DNA of 32,000 nt from Candidatus Scalindua sp. (GCA_031316235.1 JALDRA010000001.1:3330001-3362000); one strand, 5' to 3'. Shown: positions 14,928-25,692, counted from the stretch's first letter. Notes: generated by a model not told the origin, from the letters alone. Numbers and translations: made by a program.

Positions 14928-16841
14928 ATGATTCTTGATGCAAAAGTTCCGGATGGTCCCATCAGTCATAAATGGGACAAACATCGTTTTGATATTAAAC
15001 TGGTAAATCCTGCAAATAAGCGGAAATATACCATTTTGGTTGTTGGAACCGGACTGGCAGGTGCTTCTGCCGGAGCCAGCCTGGCGGAGCTGGGTTATAA
15101 AGTAAAAAGTTTCTGTATTCAGGATTCGGCAAGACGTGCCCATAGTATTGCTGCTCAGGGCGGCATAAATGCTGCAAAGAACTACCCTAATGATGGCGAC
15201 AGTATCTGGCGTCTTTTTTATGATACGGTCAAAGGCGGTGACTTTCGTTCCCGGGAGGCAAATGTGTACCGTTTGGCACAGATCAGTTCTCACATTATCG
15301 ATCAGTGCGTTGCACAGGGAGTGCCTTTCGCCAGAGAGTATGGAGGACTCCTGGACAACCGTTCATTTGGCGGTGCTCAGGTTTCCCGAACGTTTTATGC
15401 TCGGGGGCAAACCGGCCAGCAATTGTTACTCGGTGCATACAGTGCTTTTATGCGGCAAGTGGGCAAGGGCAACATAGAAATGTTTCCACGTCGGGAAATG
15501 ATGGACCTTGTTCTGGTTGATGGTAAGGCAAGGGGCATTGTTGTGAGAAACCTGAAAAATGGAAAGATAGAGTCATATGCCGGAGACGCTGTAGTTCTTG
15601 CCTCCGGGGGGTATGGGAATGTGTATTTTCTTTCTACAAATGCGGTTAATTCAAATGCTTCAGCTGCGTGGCGCTGTTATAAAAAAGGTGCATTCTTCGC
15701 AAATCCCTGTTATACACAGATACATCCAACCTGTATTCCTGTTTCCGGTCCATATCAATCTAAGCTGACCTTGATGAGCGAAAGTTTAAGAAATGATGGT
15801 CGCGTATGGGTTCCGAAGAAATCTGGTGATACGCGCAGGCCGAATGAGATACCTGAGAGTGAGAGGAATTATTATCTGGAAAAGAGGTATCCGAGTTTTG
15901 GGAATCTGGTACCTCGTGACATTGCGTCCCGCAACGCGAAACAGATGTGTGCCGAGGGATACGGTGTTGGAGCCACCGGTTTAGCCGTGTATCTTGATTT
16001 TGCTGATGCAATTAAACGACTTGGGCAGAACACGATTAAAGAAAAATACGGTAACCTCTTTGATATGTATGCACGTATAAGAGGTGAGAACCCTTATAAT
16101 GTCTCCATGACGATTTTTCCAGCCGTACACTACACTATGGGAGGTCTATGGGTTGATTACAATTTAATGACTACGGTACCCGGCCTGCATGTATTGGGTG
16201 AGGCAAATTTTTCAGATCATGGTGCCAATCGTCTGGGAGCAAGTGCCTTGATGCAGGGTTTGGCTGATGGGTATTTTGTTATACCCTATACCATAGGCCA
16301 TTATATTGCATCAACTGATCTTTCACCAGTGAGTACCGAACACCCTGAGTTTATGGAAGCCGAGGGGGGGATTTCTCAGCGTATTACGAAGCTGCTCTCT
16401 ATAAAGGGCAAAAAGACCGTTCGGGAGATTCACCGTGAATTGGGTATTATCATGTGGAATAATGTCGGTATGTCCCGTAACAAAAGCGGATTACAAAAAG
16501 CTTTGGGTCAAATTAACGAACTTCGTGATGAATTCTGGGAGAATGTTTATGTGCCTCAATCGGGCGGTAATTTCAATAAGAATTTGGAACAGGCGGGCAG
16601 GCTTGCAGATTTTCTTGAATTGGCGGAGTTAATAGCAGTCGACGCATTGGAGCGAGGAGAATCGTGCGGTGGTCATTTTCGTGAGGAGCATCAGACAGAT
16701 GTGGGTGAGGCAAGACGCGATGATGAAAATTTCAGTCATGTAGCAGCCTGGGAATATAAAGGAAAAGATCAGAATACACAATTACACAAAGAACCGTTGG
16801 TATTTGAAGAGGTGAAATTATCTCAGCGAAGCTATAAATAG
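14928..16841 (+). CDS. sdhA: Succinate dehydrogenase / fumarate reductase flavoprotein subunit
   Basis: FAD fold [21 protein letters not shown]. The covalent-FAD histidine context is [15 protein letters not shown]. Also [10 protein letters not shown] and [10 protein letters not shown]. 637 aa. Confidence 0.92.
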   Translation: MILDAKVPDGPISHKWDKHRFDIKLVNPANKRKYTILVVGTGLAGASAGASLAELGYKVKSFCIQDSARRAHSIAAQGGINAAKNYPNDGDSIWRLFYDTVKGGDFRSREANVYRLAQISSHIIDQCVAQGVPFAREYGGLLDNRSFGGAQVSRTFYARGQTGQQLLLGAYSAFMRQVGKGNIEMFPRREMMDLVLVDGKARGIVVRNLKNGKIESYAGDAVVLASGGYGNVYFLSTNAVNSNASAAWRCYKKGAFFANPCYTQIHPTCIPVSGPYQSKLTLMSESLRNDGRVWVPKKSGDTRRPNEIPESERNYYLEKRYPSFGNLVPRDIASRNAKQMCAEGYGVGATGLAVYLDFADAIKRLGQNTIKEKYGNLFDMYARIRGENPYNVSMTIFPAVHYTMGGLWVDYNLMTTVPGLHVLGEANFSDHGANRLGASALMQGLADGYFVIPYTIGHYIASTDLSPVSTEHPEFMEAEGGISQRITKLLSIKGKKTVREIHRELGIIMWNNVGMSRNKSGLQKALGQINELRDEFWENVYVPQSGGNFNKNLEQAGRLADFLELAELIAVDALERGESCGGHFREEHQTDVGEARRDDENFSHVAAWEYKGKDQNTQLHKEPLVFEEVKLSQRSYK

Positions 16842-17134
16842 TGGTGGAACGAAAACTACCCATTTCCTGCGTTGCGGTAATAATTGAGTATTTCTCGGGT
16901 ACCTGAGGAAGTTCCCGTTATAAAACCAGCGTACCATGTATCGGGGCCGTATCCGCTTAACTACTGAGATGGCAGGTGCATGGAATATTTCCTGAACTTC
17001 TTTGTTGAACAAGTCGAATTCTTTGTTTGAATGTCCGGCTGCTCCAGAATAAAGCAGCTGTATAAGGTAGTTTTTTATACCGGTAGCATTTTGTTGCTCT
17101 GGCTCGTACAGTTTTTTGGGGGTGGTACGAAATA

Positions 17135-17887
17135 ATGAAAGATATAAATTTACATCTACTGGTCTGGCGACAAAAGGATGCAGATTCCAAGGGAGGCATG
17201 GAACCTTATCTGGCTGAGAATATTTCTCCCGATATATCGTTTCTTGAAATGCTGGACGTGGTAAACGAAGGTCTTATCAAAAAGGGAATTGAACCGATAG
17301 AGTTTGATAGTGATTGCCGTGAAGGGATCTGTGGAGCCTGTGGGATGGTTGTCAACGGACAGGCACATGGCCCGCAAAGAGCGACGACTGTGTGTCAGCT
17401 GCATATGCGCAATTTTCACGATCAGGACAAAATCGTGATAGAACCGTTTCGGGCACGCGCGTTTCCCATTGTGAGAGACCTGGTAGTAGACCGCAGTGCA
17501 TTTGATCGGATTATTATGGCAGGTGGCTATATTTCCGTTAATACAGGTGGTGCACCTGACGCCAATACGATACCCGTGTCAAAAGAGATCAGTGACCAGG
17601 CTATGGATGCGGCATCTTGTATCGGTTGTGGTGCATGTGTTGCCGCATGTCCAAATGCATCAGCATCGCTCTTTACGTCTGCCAAGATTTCACATCTCGC
17701 ATTACTTCCCCAGGGGAAAGTTGAGCGGAAGAAGAGAGCGGAGAATATGGTCAGCCAGATGGATAAAGAGTTGTTTGGTGACTGTTCTAATATTGGGGAA
17801 TGTGAAGCTGTTTGTCCCAAGGAGATATCTATTTCTCACATTGCGAGAATGAAACGGGAATATCTGAGAGCCGTCATTGATGAATAG
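17135..17887 (+). CDS. sdhB: Succinate dehydrogenase / fumarate reductase iron-sulfur subunit
   Basis: Three Cys clusters: [28 protein letters not shown] and [23 protein letters not shown] lies upstream of the ATG. Confidence 0.9.
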   Translation: MKDINLHLLVWRQKDADSKGGMEPYLAENISPDISFLEMLDVVNEGLIKKGIEPIEFDSDCREGICGACGMVVNGQAHGPQRATTVCQLHMRNFHDQDKIVIEPFRARAFPIVRDLVVDRSAFDRIIMAGGYISVNTGGAPDANTIPVSKEISDQAMDAASCIGCGACVAACPNASASLFTSAKISHLALLPQGKVERKKRAENMVSQMDKELFGDCSNIGECEAVCPKEISISHIARMKREYLRAVIDE

Positions 17888-17910
17888 AAAAGTAGGTTTT
17901 TTACCCTTGG

Positions 17911-17946
17911 ATTCCCGCTTAAAGCATGCGGGAATGACATTTTTCT
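17911..17946 (+). terminator. Candidate intrinsic terminator after sdhB
   Basis: ATTCCCGC (17911..17918) pairs with GCGGGAAT (17928..17935) across a 9-nt loop. The sequence gacaTTTTTc follows. Confidence 0.45.
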
Positions 17947-17987
17947 GAAAACAGTTTGAGCTTACCAAAAATTGATTTACAACTGGT

Positions 17988-18129
17988 ATATACTAAAACC
18001 GATTTGGTTTTCGGTTTTACCGGAAACGAAATCCTGGTGAAGGTATCCCCGGACAAAAAGCGCCGAGGACTTTACTCGCTCAATTTTATCTCGGATTTTA
18101 TCCGAAATTCAGTATGAGATGAGTATACT
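17988..18129 (+). repeat. Intergenic structured repeat, copy B (full length)
   Basis: ATATACTAAAACCGATTTGGTTTTCGGTTTTACCGGAAACgAAATCCTGGTGAAGGTATCCCCGGACAAAAAGCGCCGAGGACTTTACTCGCTCAATTTTATCTCGGATTTTATCCGAAAttcagtatgAGATGAGTATACT. It is nearly identical to copy C and lies between the convergent sdhB and Memo-like genes. Confidence 0.9.
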
Positions 18130-18274
18130 TTGACAGGTAGCGGCAGCAGCCTGGTACTTCAGGCTCAACTTCTCAGAAATTACCTTCAATTCTCTGGTTT
18201 GTGGTGAGAAAGAAGTGACAGGTTTTTGCGTGTGGCGGTCAGAGGTAAGGTGAATCTCGTTTTAAATAGTAGCA

Positions 18275-19501
18275 TTAATAAAATGCCATACTGGCAAACG
18301 TTACTGTTGAACGGGTAGCTTGATCATTGTCTTGTGAATACTTCAACAGCTTACCCTCTTTTGCCTTGATGACATTCAGCATTGCATAAATTGCCGGGTA
18401 GCCACATATCCTTCTTTTGTCATTGTTCTTTTTTATACATTCATAAAATGCTTGTGCGTCCAGGTTTTCTGCCTGTTTCAGCAGGTTCAAGTCTTCGTCT
18501 TTCAATTTTCTGAGAAATGTTTCGTCCGGGGCTGTTCTGTCACCAAATCGTAAACCCACATGTGCAAGGTCTACGCTTGCAATCAGACAGATTTTCTTTT
18601 TGCTTTCTTCAATCGCCTCTTTCAGGGATGAAATGAAATTCTCAAGTTGTGGAGCCTCCATTGGGCTGCCGTTGTCAGCAGCCGGGAATTCAAAAGAAGA
18701 ACAAAGTATCGGTAGAATCTTGAAATCTCTTTTATTGTGATAAAGGTATTGAAGAAACATCAGCTGGAATTCGATTGAGTGTTCGTCTTTATGCACGAAC
18801 TCGTCTTCAAGATAATTACGTTTAAGGCAGCTGTTTAATGAATGAAGGAACTCCTTGTCTGTTTGAACGGGACCGAATGGTGTTTCGAATGTTTTGTTTG
18901 TCAGTGCGAAGGGATTGTTGGTGCCGGAATGTGCAATACCAAATATGATGAAAAGTTCTGCATCTGATGACTCTGCAATTTCTTTATAGGCCCAGGCAAA
19001 GCAGGGACCTCCGTTTCTTAAATCAATGTGCGGAGCGATTACCCCTCTTAGTTTATCTGTACTGTTTTGTAATGGTGGTTTGCCGGGTCCCTCTGAGGAG
19101 AGAAAGAATTGATCAATCTGTTTTCTCAACAGCTGAGCATCATTTTCATAAGCGACACCAGCATGTTTTGCTTTTCGTATGGTTGAGTGTTTGAAGTCAT
19201 CAACAACTTTTTTAATAAAATTTTTTGATCTCTCATTATCTAAAAAAAGATTCCTGTCAAGCTCATCAATTATCTGGGCTATCCTCTCACTAAATAATAA
19301 TTTTCCATATTGCTGTGAATATTTTGCTTGAATATCCAATGCAGAATGCGTACCATCAAAATGGCTGATAATGTAAAAAACATGATGAGGGACGACAAGG
19401 GTGCTTGAGGAATAATTGAGAGGGTCCCTGAGACAAATTGCCTGCTCTCCCGCATGATCTACCGGGAAAGCTTCTATCGGCCGAAGTTTAGGAAATTCCA
19501 T
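18275..19501 (-). CDS. Memo-like protein (AmmeMemoRadiSam system protein B family) with an N-terminal extension of about 130 aa
   Basis: GVIAPHIDLRNGGPCFAWAY, DEHSIEFQLMFLQY and IASVDLAHVG are Memo/AmmeMemoRadiSam-B-type metal-site contexts. It has an ATG start and is 408 aa. Confidence 0.75.
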   Translation of the reverse strand: MEFPKLRPIEAFPVDHAGEQAICLRDPLNYSSSTLVVPHHVFYIISHFDGTHSALDIQAKYSQQYGKLLFSERIAQIIDELDRNLFLDNERSKNFIKKVVDDFKHSTIRKAKHAGVAYENDAQLLRKQIDQFFLSSEGPGKPPLQNSTDKLRGVIAPHIDLRNGGPCFAWAYKEIAESSDAELFIIFGIAHSGTNNPFALTNKTFETPFGPVQTDKEFLHSLNSCLKRNYLEDEFVHKDEHSIEFQLMFLQYLYHNKRDFKILPILCSSFEFPAADNGSPMEAPQLENFISSLKEAIEESKKKICLIASVDLAHVGLRFGDRTAPDETFLRKLKDEDLNLLKQAENLDAQAFYECIKKNNDKRRICGYPAIYAMLNVIKAKEGKLLKYSQDNDQATRSTVTFASMAFY

Positions 19502-19618
19502 AGGGTACTCACTTCCTACCGCGTGTTGCAGCGCAAGAAAAGCTGATAGGTTCTTTTAAATCCTGTCGACAATATTGTTGTTCGTACGTTTTTGTACGAG
19601 CCTGAATTCTTTTTTATG

Positions 19619-20278
19619 TTATGTTGCTATCTTTAACTCTGCAACTAATTTTTCTGAAAGTTTCTCAATTTGTACATATCCGCCATCACGAAACATTCCA
19701 GCATTAAAGAGTAACGTATTCCCCAGTTTATCAGTGCCTCTTGCTTCATGAATATGTCCGCTCAGAGAAATATCTGGTTTGTGTCTCAGAATGAAATCCC
19801 GAACACTTGTGCTTCCTACATGAGTACCGTTTCCGACTATATCAATCTTTGTCCCATATGGAGGAGCGTGAGGAACCATGATCTTCCATTTAGCATCTTT
19901 AACCTTTTCAAAGCCGTTGTTTAAAAAAGCTTCGATTTCACTTTCGCTGAATTCAGTTGGTGTATGAAAGGGTGTTGGATTTGAGCCTCCTGCACCAAAA
20001 ATACCTATGTCATCGATAATGTGTCCGTCTCCGTGCAGGTTTATGTTCTTTTCATTCAAATAGTCATTGACTTCAGGCAGATCCAGATTCCCGAATTGAG
20101 CCAGTACATTCCGATTGATTTTCATGAACCAATCTATGACCTTTTGAGCTTCCCTTCTTCCATGATAATTGGTCAAATCTCCGGTAATGATTATGAGGTC
20201 GGCGGTTTCCAACTCATGTTTCATGAGACCTGCTTTTCCAAAATCCTCATGGATATCTCCAAAAGAGAGTATTTTCAT
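19619..20278 (-). CDS. Calcineurin-like metallophosphoesterase
   Basis: The motif series is MKILSFGDIHED, IIITGDLTN, GNLD, HAPPYGT and LSGHIHEA. 219 aa. Confidence 0.8.
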   Translation of the reverse strand: MKILSFGDIHEDFGKAGLMKHELETADLIIITGDLTNYHGRREAQKVIDWFMKINRNVLAQFGNLDLPEVNDYLNEKNINLHGDGHIIDDIGIFGAGGSNPTPFHTPTEFSESEIEAFLNNGFEKVKDAKWKIMVPHAPPYGTKIDIVGNGTHVGSTSVRDFILRHKPDISLSGHIHEARGTDKLGNTLLFNAGMFRDGGYVQIEKLSEKLVAELKIAT

Positions 20279-20459
20279 TTTGTTCTGTAAGTGATGGAGA
20301 GTTCAGTGATCTGGTAAATGTATTCGTTTTCGATTGATTGAAACACGTAAGAGCCAATACCTCACACCGTAACAAATAAAGTTCACTTGTGAAAAATCGG
20401 AATGTACATGGTAACAATTTGATGAAAATATTCAAGAGAATCTTCTGAATTGTTTTATA

Positions 20460-20488
20460 TTGACGCTGAAAAGATGTTTTGATAGTAT
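20460..20488 (+). promoter_or_regulatory. Sigma-70-like promoter candidate for the HEAT-repeat gene
   Basis: TTGACG (20460..20465), a 17-nt spacer, then TAGTAT (20483..20488). It lies about 100 nt upstream of the ATG at 20592. Confidence 0.3.
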
Positions 20489-20591
20489 AAATTCTCAACA
20501 GCTCTGGTGTCTCTGTACTATTTTGTAATATGTCAATCTTTCATACTGAAACCGTGCTATCCCGGCACCCATTCTTCCTGAAATCACTAAG

Positions 20592-22691
20592 ATGAAAAAA
20601 AGATATTTCTCTTTTTTTGTTTTTATAACAGTTTTTTTTTGCGGGTCTTTTATAACGATAGCGATTAAGAGAGCTGATGCTGAAGGCTTTGCAAAAATAG
20701 AGAGCAGGACTCATGATATCTCTCCTGATTTAAAAATAAAAATTGACGAGTGGATGAAATTGCTCTATTCAGAGGACACAGTAACACGGAGTTCTGCTAT
20801 CATTTCGTTGTTGGGACTCAATATTCCTGCTATTTATGATTCTCTTATTGGTATTTTAAGAAATTCTTCAGATGATGAAATTCGGATCTCTCTGATCAAG
20901 GCGTTTGGTTTTTCAGGTGATGATAAAGCCTTGGATTGTATAATTGAAATGCTCGCCAGTGAAAAAGAGATTATACGGAATGCCTCTGCTGACGCCCTGG
21001 GAAAGATAAAGACAGATCGGGCAATAGACAAGATGGCTTCGTTGCTTCTCAATCCGAAAACCCCCATTAGCTCACGTAAACTTATTGCAGGAGCTTTTGC
21101 AAAGACCTGTTCACGAAATGCGGTAAAACCATTAATTAATCTGTTAGAATCAGACAGCGAGGAATTAAGAATAGCAGCCAGAGAGGCATTAGTAAAAATA
21201 ACAAAACTGTCTGATGGCAATACTACAACGTATTGGCAAGAGTGGTGGGACAGAAATAAGGTAAAGACAAGAGAGCAATGGTTAGAAGATATGGTTGATA
21301 AGTTGGAAGAAAAAATAAAGAAAATGACTATCCAGAATGACAAGCTGACGAGTGAAATAGTACAGAAGACAATCGATATGTTAAAAACCAGAGAGGAAAA
21401 AGGTGAAACCAGGCAATACCTTGATGCCATGAAAAGTGAATATCCCGAAGTAAGAATTTTTGCTGCAAATAAGCTTGTTGTTCATAAAGATCAAGAGGTA
21501 ATAAACGCCTTTATAGACTTGATTTCCGATTCCGACTCCGAAATCCGTGCTCTTGCAGCAAAGGCACTCGGTGAATTTGGCGATGATTCAGGGTTGAAGT
21601 CTCTAACGCAGGCATTAAAGGATAAAGATGCCAGGGTGCGTAAAAGTGCAGCAAAAGCTCTCGGTAAATTGGGTAATAAGGATGCAGAGGTTGATTTGTT
21701 GGAAGCCTTGAGTGATTCGGATAACAGTGTAAAATGTGCTGTTGCTGAAACTCTGGGAGAAATGGAGGCACATGGTGCGGTAGAGGCCTTAATCAATTAT
21801 CTCTCGGATAAAGATCCAAAGGTGAAAGAATCGGTGATTGTGGCGTTGGGCAAGATACGTGATGTCAGATCCACAGAGTCGCTGATCGTTTCTTTAAAGG
21901 ATGAAGAGGAAAGAGTTCGATGGTATGCTGCAGACAGTCTCGGGAAGATCGGTGAAAAAAAGGCTGTGCTGCCCATTATTTCGTTACTTTCAGATCCAAG
22001 CGCACGTGTTCGTGAATCTGCGGCTACGGCTTTAGGTCAGATTGGTGATGAAAGTGCTGTTGGGCCTTTAATCAAATTGTTGAAAGACATCGATGACAGG
22101 GTTGTTGAGAAGGCAGTTAGTGCGTTATTGTCCAATGAATATAAGAAATTTGAGGTATATGATAAGATTGCCGATGCCATGTATGATGAGAAGGATTATA
22201 AACGAACGGTAATTATTTTAGAAAGACAGATTGAAACCTTTGACAATTTACCGGAATACAGCACTCCTTTGTGGCAGAGTAGAGCGAAATTGGCAAAGTC
22301 ATATCTTCAGCTTACCAATTTTCATAAAGCGATTCCTGTTTATGAAGAACTCTTGTTGCATTTTGGAGAAGATGAAGAAATTAAACATGAACTTGTTCAG
22401 TGCTTACAGGAGACGAAACAAAACGATAGATTATTAGAACTCTTTTTCTTGTGGATTGCAAATGTGCAGACGGATAACAGCCCCTGGTGGTATGGGGTAT
22501 TTGAGGTTGTTGAGAACTTTTTTGAAGATGGAAATTATGTGAGAGTGAAGGAGGTTGTCGATTTCCTTGAAAAGAAACATGAGTACATGGGTGGTGTTGA
22601 ATTAAGTTCCAGGTTTTCTGATTTGCGTGAGAAGAGTGAAAAAAAGTTGTTACTTAAAGAGGAGAAAATAACCGGGGTGTTAATTAAATAA
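20592..22691 (+). CDS. Membrane-anchored HEAT-repeat (PBS-lyase-type) protein with a coiled-coil and a helical C-terminal domain
   Basis: N-terminal hydrophobic anchor MKKRYFSFFVFITVFFCGSFITIAI. Many units follow the pattern D..VR..AA.ALG.(I/L)G...A...L...L.D (for example DSEIRALAAKALGEFGD, DARVRKSAAKALGKLGN, SARVRESAATALGQIGD). The central segment is Lys/Glu-rich. Confidence 0.8.
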   Translation: MKKRYFSFFVFITVFFCGSFITIAIKRADAEGFAKIESRTHDISPDLKIKIDEWMKLLYSEDTVTRSSAIISLLGLNIPAIYDSLIGILRNSSDDEIRISLIKAFGFSGDDKALDCIIEMLASEKEIIRNASADALGKIKTDRAIDKMASLLLNPKTPISSRKLIAGAFAKTCSRNAVKPLINLLESDSEELRIAAREALVKITKLSDGNTTTYWQEWWDRNKVKTREQWLEDMVDKLEEKIKKMTIQNDKLTSEIVQKTIDMLKTREEKGETRQYLDAMKSEYPEVRIFAANKLVVHKDQEVINAFIDLISDSDSEIRALAAKALGEFGDDSGLKSLTQALKDKDARVRKSAAKALGKLGNKDAEVDLLEALSDSDNSVKCAVAETLGEMEAHGAVEALINYLSDKDPKVKESVIVALGKIRDVRSTESLIVSLKDEEERVRWYAADSLGKIGEKKAVLPIISLLSDPSARVRESAATALGQIGDESAVGPLIKLLKDIDDRVVEKAVSALLSNEYKKFEVYDKIADAMYDEKDYKRTVIILERQIETFDNLPEYSTPLWQSRAKLAKSYLQLTNFHKAIPVYEELLLHFGEDEEIKHELVQCLQETKQNDRLLELFFLWIANVQTDNSPWWYGVFEVVENFFEDGNYVRVKEVVDFLEKKHEYMGGVELSSRFSDLREKSEKKLLLKEEKITGVLIK

Positions 22692-22769
22692 ATGGTTGAT
22701 GCGCATTTCTTTACTCTTTTAAAAAGATATATTCCTTTCCCGTTTAACCTTAATGAAAGATAGTGATCC

Positions 22770-24131
22770 ATGAAAGTTCTTATCGTTGGAGCAGGTGCCG
22801 TCGGCTTTAATATAGCGAAACAGTTATCAAAAGAGGGGCACGATATATCTATCGTTGACAAAGATTCTGCATTGGTTCAGAGAATTACAGAAAAACTGGA
22901 TGTCTTTGTTCTCGCAGGTGATGCCAGTTTACCAAGCGTATTGGAAGCTGCCGGCATAATCGATGCCAAAATGGTCTTAGCCGTAACCACGAGTGACGAA
23001 GTGAATATTGTCGTTTGTATTCTTGCGAATCAATATAATTGCAAAATTAAGATTGCAAGGATACGAAACAGCGAATTCACCTGTAAGGATGCATTGTTGA
23101 AACAGAGTGGGTTTTGCGTTGATCATATGATAAATCCGGATCAAATTATTGTAGAATCGATCATCAAGATCCTTGAAACTCCCGGTGCAACATTTGCTGT
23201 CGATTTTCCTGTAGGAGATGTGCTTTTACGGGGGTTCCGTGTACCCCATGATGCTCCAATTGCCGGTAGAAAATTTTCGGAGTTAGAGGGGATTGAATAT
23301 ACTGATTCCTTCTTGATCGTATGTATACAACGTGAAGATGAAATGATAATACCCGATGTACATACAGAAATATTGCCTGATGATGATATTTTTGTCCTTG
23401 TTTCAAGGATGGGGCTACCATATTTTTTGCCGATGGTAAACAGGAGGGCGGGCGAGGTCAGGAAAGTAGTTATTTATAGTACCAGCCGTACCGGTTTTCA
23501 ACTGGCGAAAAGACTGGAAGGCAGTTCAATCAATGTTACATTAATTGAACCAGAAAAGGATAAAGCAGAAATTGCCGCTGCTGAATTAGAGAATACGATA
23601 GTTCTTCATGGTGATGCAACAGAAATAGACCTGCTGAAGGAGGCGGATATTGGAAATACAAATTTTTTTATTGCGCTTTCTGACGATGAAGAAACCAATT
23701 TACTCACATCTCTGTTAGCGAAAAAGTATGGTGCAAAAAAGACCATTGTGCTTACAAATGAGCCGGGACTTGTGCCCATTATTAGTCAGATCAATGTAGA
23801 TGTTGTTGTGAACCCGAGATTAGTTACCGCAAGCGCTATTCTTCAACATGTAAGAAGAGGCCAGATACTGTCTATTACCAAATTGGGTGACAGCGATGCA
23901 GAGGCGATAGAATTGATTGTGGAAGAGGAATCGGAAATCGCAAAAAAACAGCTGGATAAGATACGATTTCCCAAAGGGTCGATTCTTGGAGCAATTGTAA
24001 GGAATGGTACAATGCTGCTGCCGAAAGGTATCCCTTCTATCAATCCCGGAGAAAGTGTTATCGTGTTTACCTTACCAGATGCTATTGAAAAGGTACAGGC
24101 CCTTTTCAGTAGAAAAAGAAAAGGTTCCTGA
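22770..24131 (+). CDS. trkA: Trk potassium uptake system, NAD-binding subunit
   Basis: MKVLIVGAGAVGFNIAKQLSKEGHDISIVDKD (Rossmann GxGxxG). The RCK N- and C-domains are duplicated (second KVVIYSTSRTGFQLAKRL). trkH follows. Confidence 0.9.
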   Translation: MKVLIVGAGAVGFNIAKQLSKEGHDISIVDKDSALVQRITEKLDVFVLAGDASLPSVLEAAGIIDAKMVLAVTTSDEVNIVVCILANQYNCKIKIARIRNSEFTCKDALLKQSGFCVDHMINPDQIIVESIIKILETPGATFAVDFPVGDVLLRGFRVPHDAPIAGRKFSELEGIEYTDSFLIVCIQREDEMIIPDVHTEILPDDDIFVLVSRMGLPYFLPMVNRRAGEVRKVVIYSTSRTGFQLAKRLEGSSINVTLIEPEKDKAEIAAAELENTIVLHGDATEIDLLKEADIGNTNFFIALSDDEETNLLTSLLAKKYGAKKTIVLTNEPGLVPIISQINVDVVVNPRLVTASAILQHVRRGQILSITKLGDSDAEAIELIVEEESEIAKKQLDKIRFPKGSILGAIVRNGTMLLPKGIPSINPGESVIVFTLPDAIEKVQALFSRKRKGS

Positions 24132-24207
24132 TAAATTTTTTAAAATCAACACTTGTCCTTACGTTGGTCAAGCATTGGTAACAAAAAGGCATTTTTTTGT
24201 TTAGAAT

Positions 24208-25692
24208 ATGAACATACCCCTGGTTTTGCACACCTTAGGCTACCTGCTTATTATTTTTTCCGGTATACTGTCCATACCCCTGGGTGTCTCGTTTTTTTAT
24301 GGTACAGAGACCGAGGTCTGGGCATTTTTATCGTCAATCATTGCTTCAGCCATAATGGGTCTGATATTGAGAGGGTTTTTCAAGTATCAAAATGAAGACA
24401 TTACTGTCAGGGAGAGTTTTGCGATCGTAGCTTTTTGGTGGTTATCATGTGCTTTTTTTGGTGCCATGCCTTATTGGTTGTCAGGCGAATGTGCTACCTT
24501 TTGTGATGCCTATTTTGAATCGATGAGCGGCCTCACGACCACGGGAGCTACTATTTTTAATGATGTTGAAGTACTGCCGCATGGAATCCTCTTCTGGAGG
24601 GGTATGTCTCAGTGGCTTGGTGGGATGGGTATCGTTGTGTTTTTCGTTGCGGTTCTTCCGACTATCGGTGTCGGCGGACATAAACTTTTTAGCGTGGAGG
24701 CTCCCGGACCGACAACCGATAAGATAAAGCCTCGGATAGCACAGACGGCAAAAATACTGTGGATGATATACTTGTCTCTTACCGCCATAGTAATACTGAT
24801 GTACTGGCTGGGAGGGATGAATATCTTTGATTCGATTTGCCATGCCTTTGCAACGGTATCAACGGGTGGATTTTCTACGAAAAACAAGAGTATTGAAGCC
24901 TTTGATAGCTTGTTTATTGAGAATGTAGCCATGCTCTTTTCCTTTATTGCTGCCTGCAATTTCATACTTCATTACCAATGTGTTACCGGACAGTTTAAGA
25001 AGATTGCGGGGAATGCCGAGTTCCGTTTTTTTGTCTCATTACTCTTATGTGTGACCGGCTGTATAGCAATCGCACTGTTCTTATTTGATTCATCATCTTA
25101 CAATGGGGGAGTTAAAGATGCGAAGTATGAAAGCCTGGAAGGATCTTTGAGATATGCAGCATTTCAAGTGATTTCCATAACAACGAGTACCGGATTTTCT
25201 AATGCTGATTTTGATAAGTGGCCAAATTGCTGCAGATTCTTTCTTGTCCTCGTGATGTTTATTGGTGGATGTGCAGGTTCGACAGCTGGAGGTATGAAGG
25301 TGGCAAGAATTATGCTTCTTTTTAAATCCAGTGCAAGGGAACTGGTACACCTGCTCAGGCCAAGGGCAATAATGCATGTAAAACTAAACGGCAAACCGGT
25401 CAGTGAAGAGATTCTTACGAATACATTGGGGTTTGTTGTCTTGTACCTGGGGTTATTTGGTGTGTTTTCAATTATTTTGACTATTTTTGGAACTGAACCC
25501 GTTACGGCATTCAGTGCAGTCGCGTCGATGATGAATAATGTAGGCCCGGCTCTTGCAGATGCAGGTGCCTCGAAAACGTATGGTTCTATAGCATATCCCT
25601 GCAAATGGATCCTCATTTTTTCTATGCTGCTGGGCCGATTGGAAATATACGCCGTTATTCTGATCTTCTTACCGATCACATGGAAGAAGTAG
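24208..25692 (+). CDS. trkH: Trk potassium uptake system, membrane subunit
   Basis: 494-aa polytopic protein. Selectivity-filter-like repeats are present: MSGLTTTGATIF, VSTGGFST, ITTSTGFSN and MNNVGPAL. Confidence 0.9.
   Translation: MNIPLVLHTLGYLLIIFSGILSIPLGVSFFYGTETEVWAFLSSIIASAIMGLILRGFFKYQNEDITVRESFAIVAFWWLSCAFFGAMPYWLSGECATFCDAYFESMSGLTTTGATIFNDVEVLPHGILFWRGMSQWLGGMGIVVFFVAVLPTIGVGGHKLFSVEAPGPTTDKIKPRIAQTAKILWMIYLSLTAIVILMYWLGGMNIFDSICHAFATVSTGGFSTKNKSIEAFDSLFIENVAMLFSFIAACNFILHYQCVTGQFKKIAGNAEFRFFVSLLLCVTGCIAIALFLFDSSSYNGGVKDAKYESLEGSLRYAAFQVISITTSTGFSNADFDKWPNCCRFFLVLVMFIGGCAGSTAGGMKVARIMLLFKSSARELVHLLRPRAIMHVKLNGKPVSEEILTNTLGFVVLYLGLFGVFSIILTIFGTEPVTAFSAVASMMNNVGPALADAGASKTYGSIAYPCKWILIFSMLLGRLEIYAVILIFLPITWKK

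Noticed and set aside
16818-17199. Track ORFs on the minus strand in the sdhA-sdhB spacer (64 aa and 80 aa), considered as real genes.
   Set aside because: They have no credible start or SD, they overlap the sdhA 3' end and the sdhB 5' end, and they contain no recognisable motif. They are kept only as a low-interest observation.
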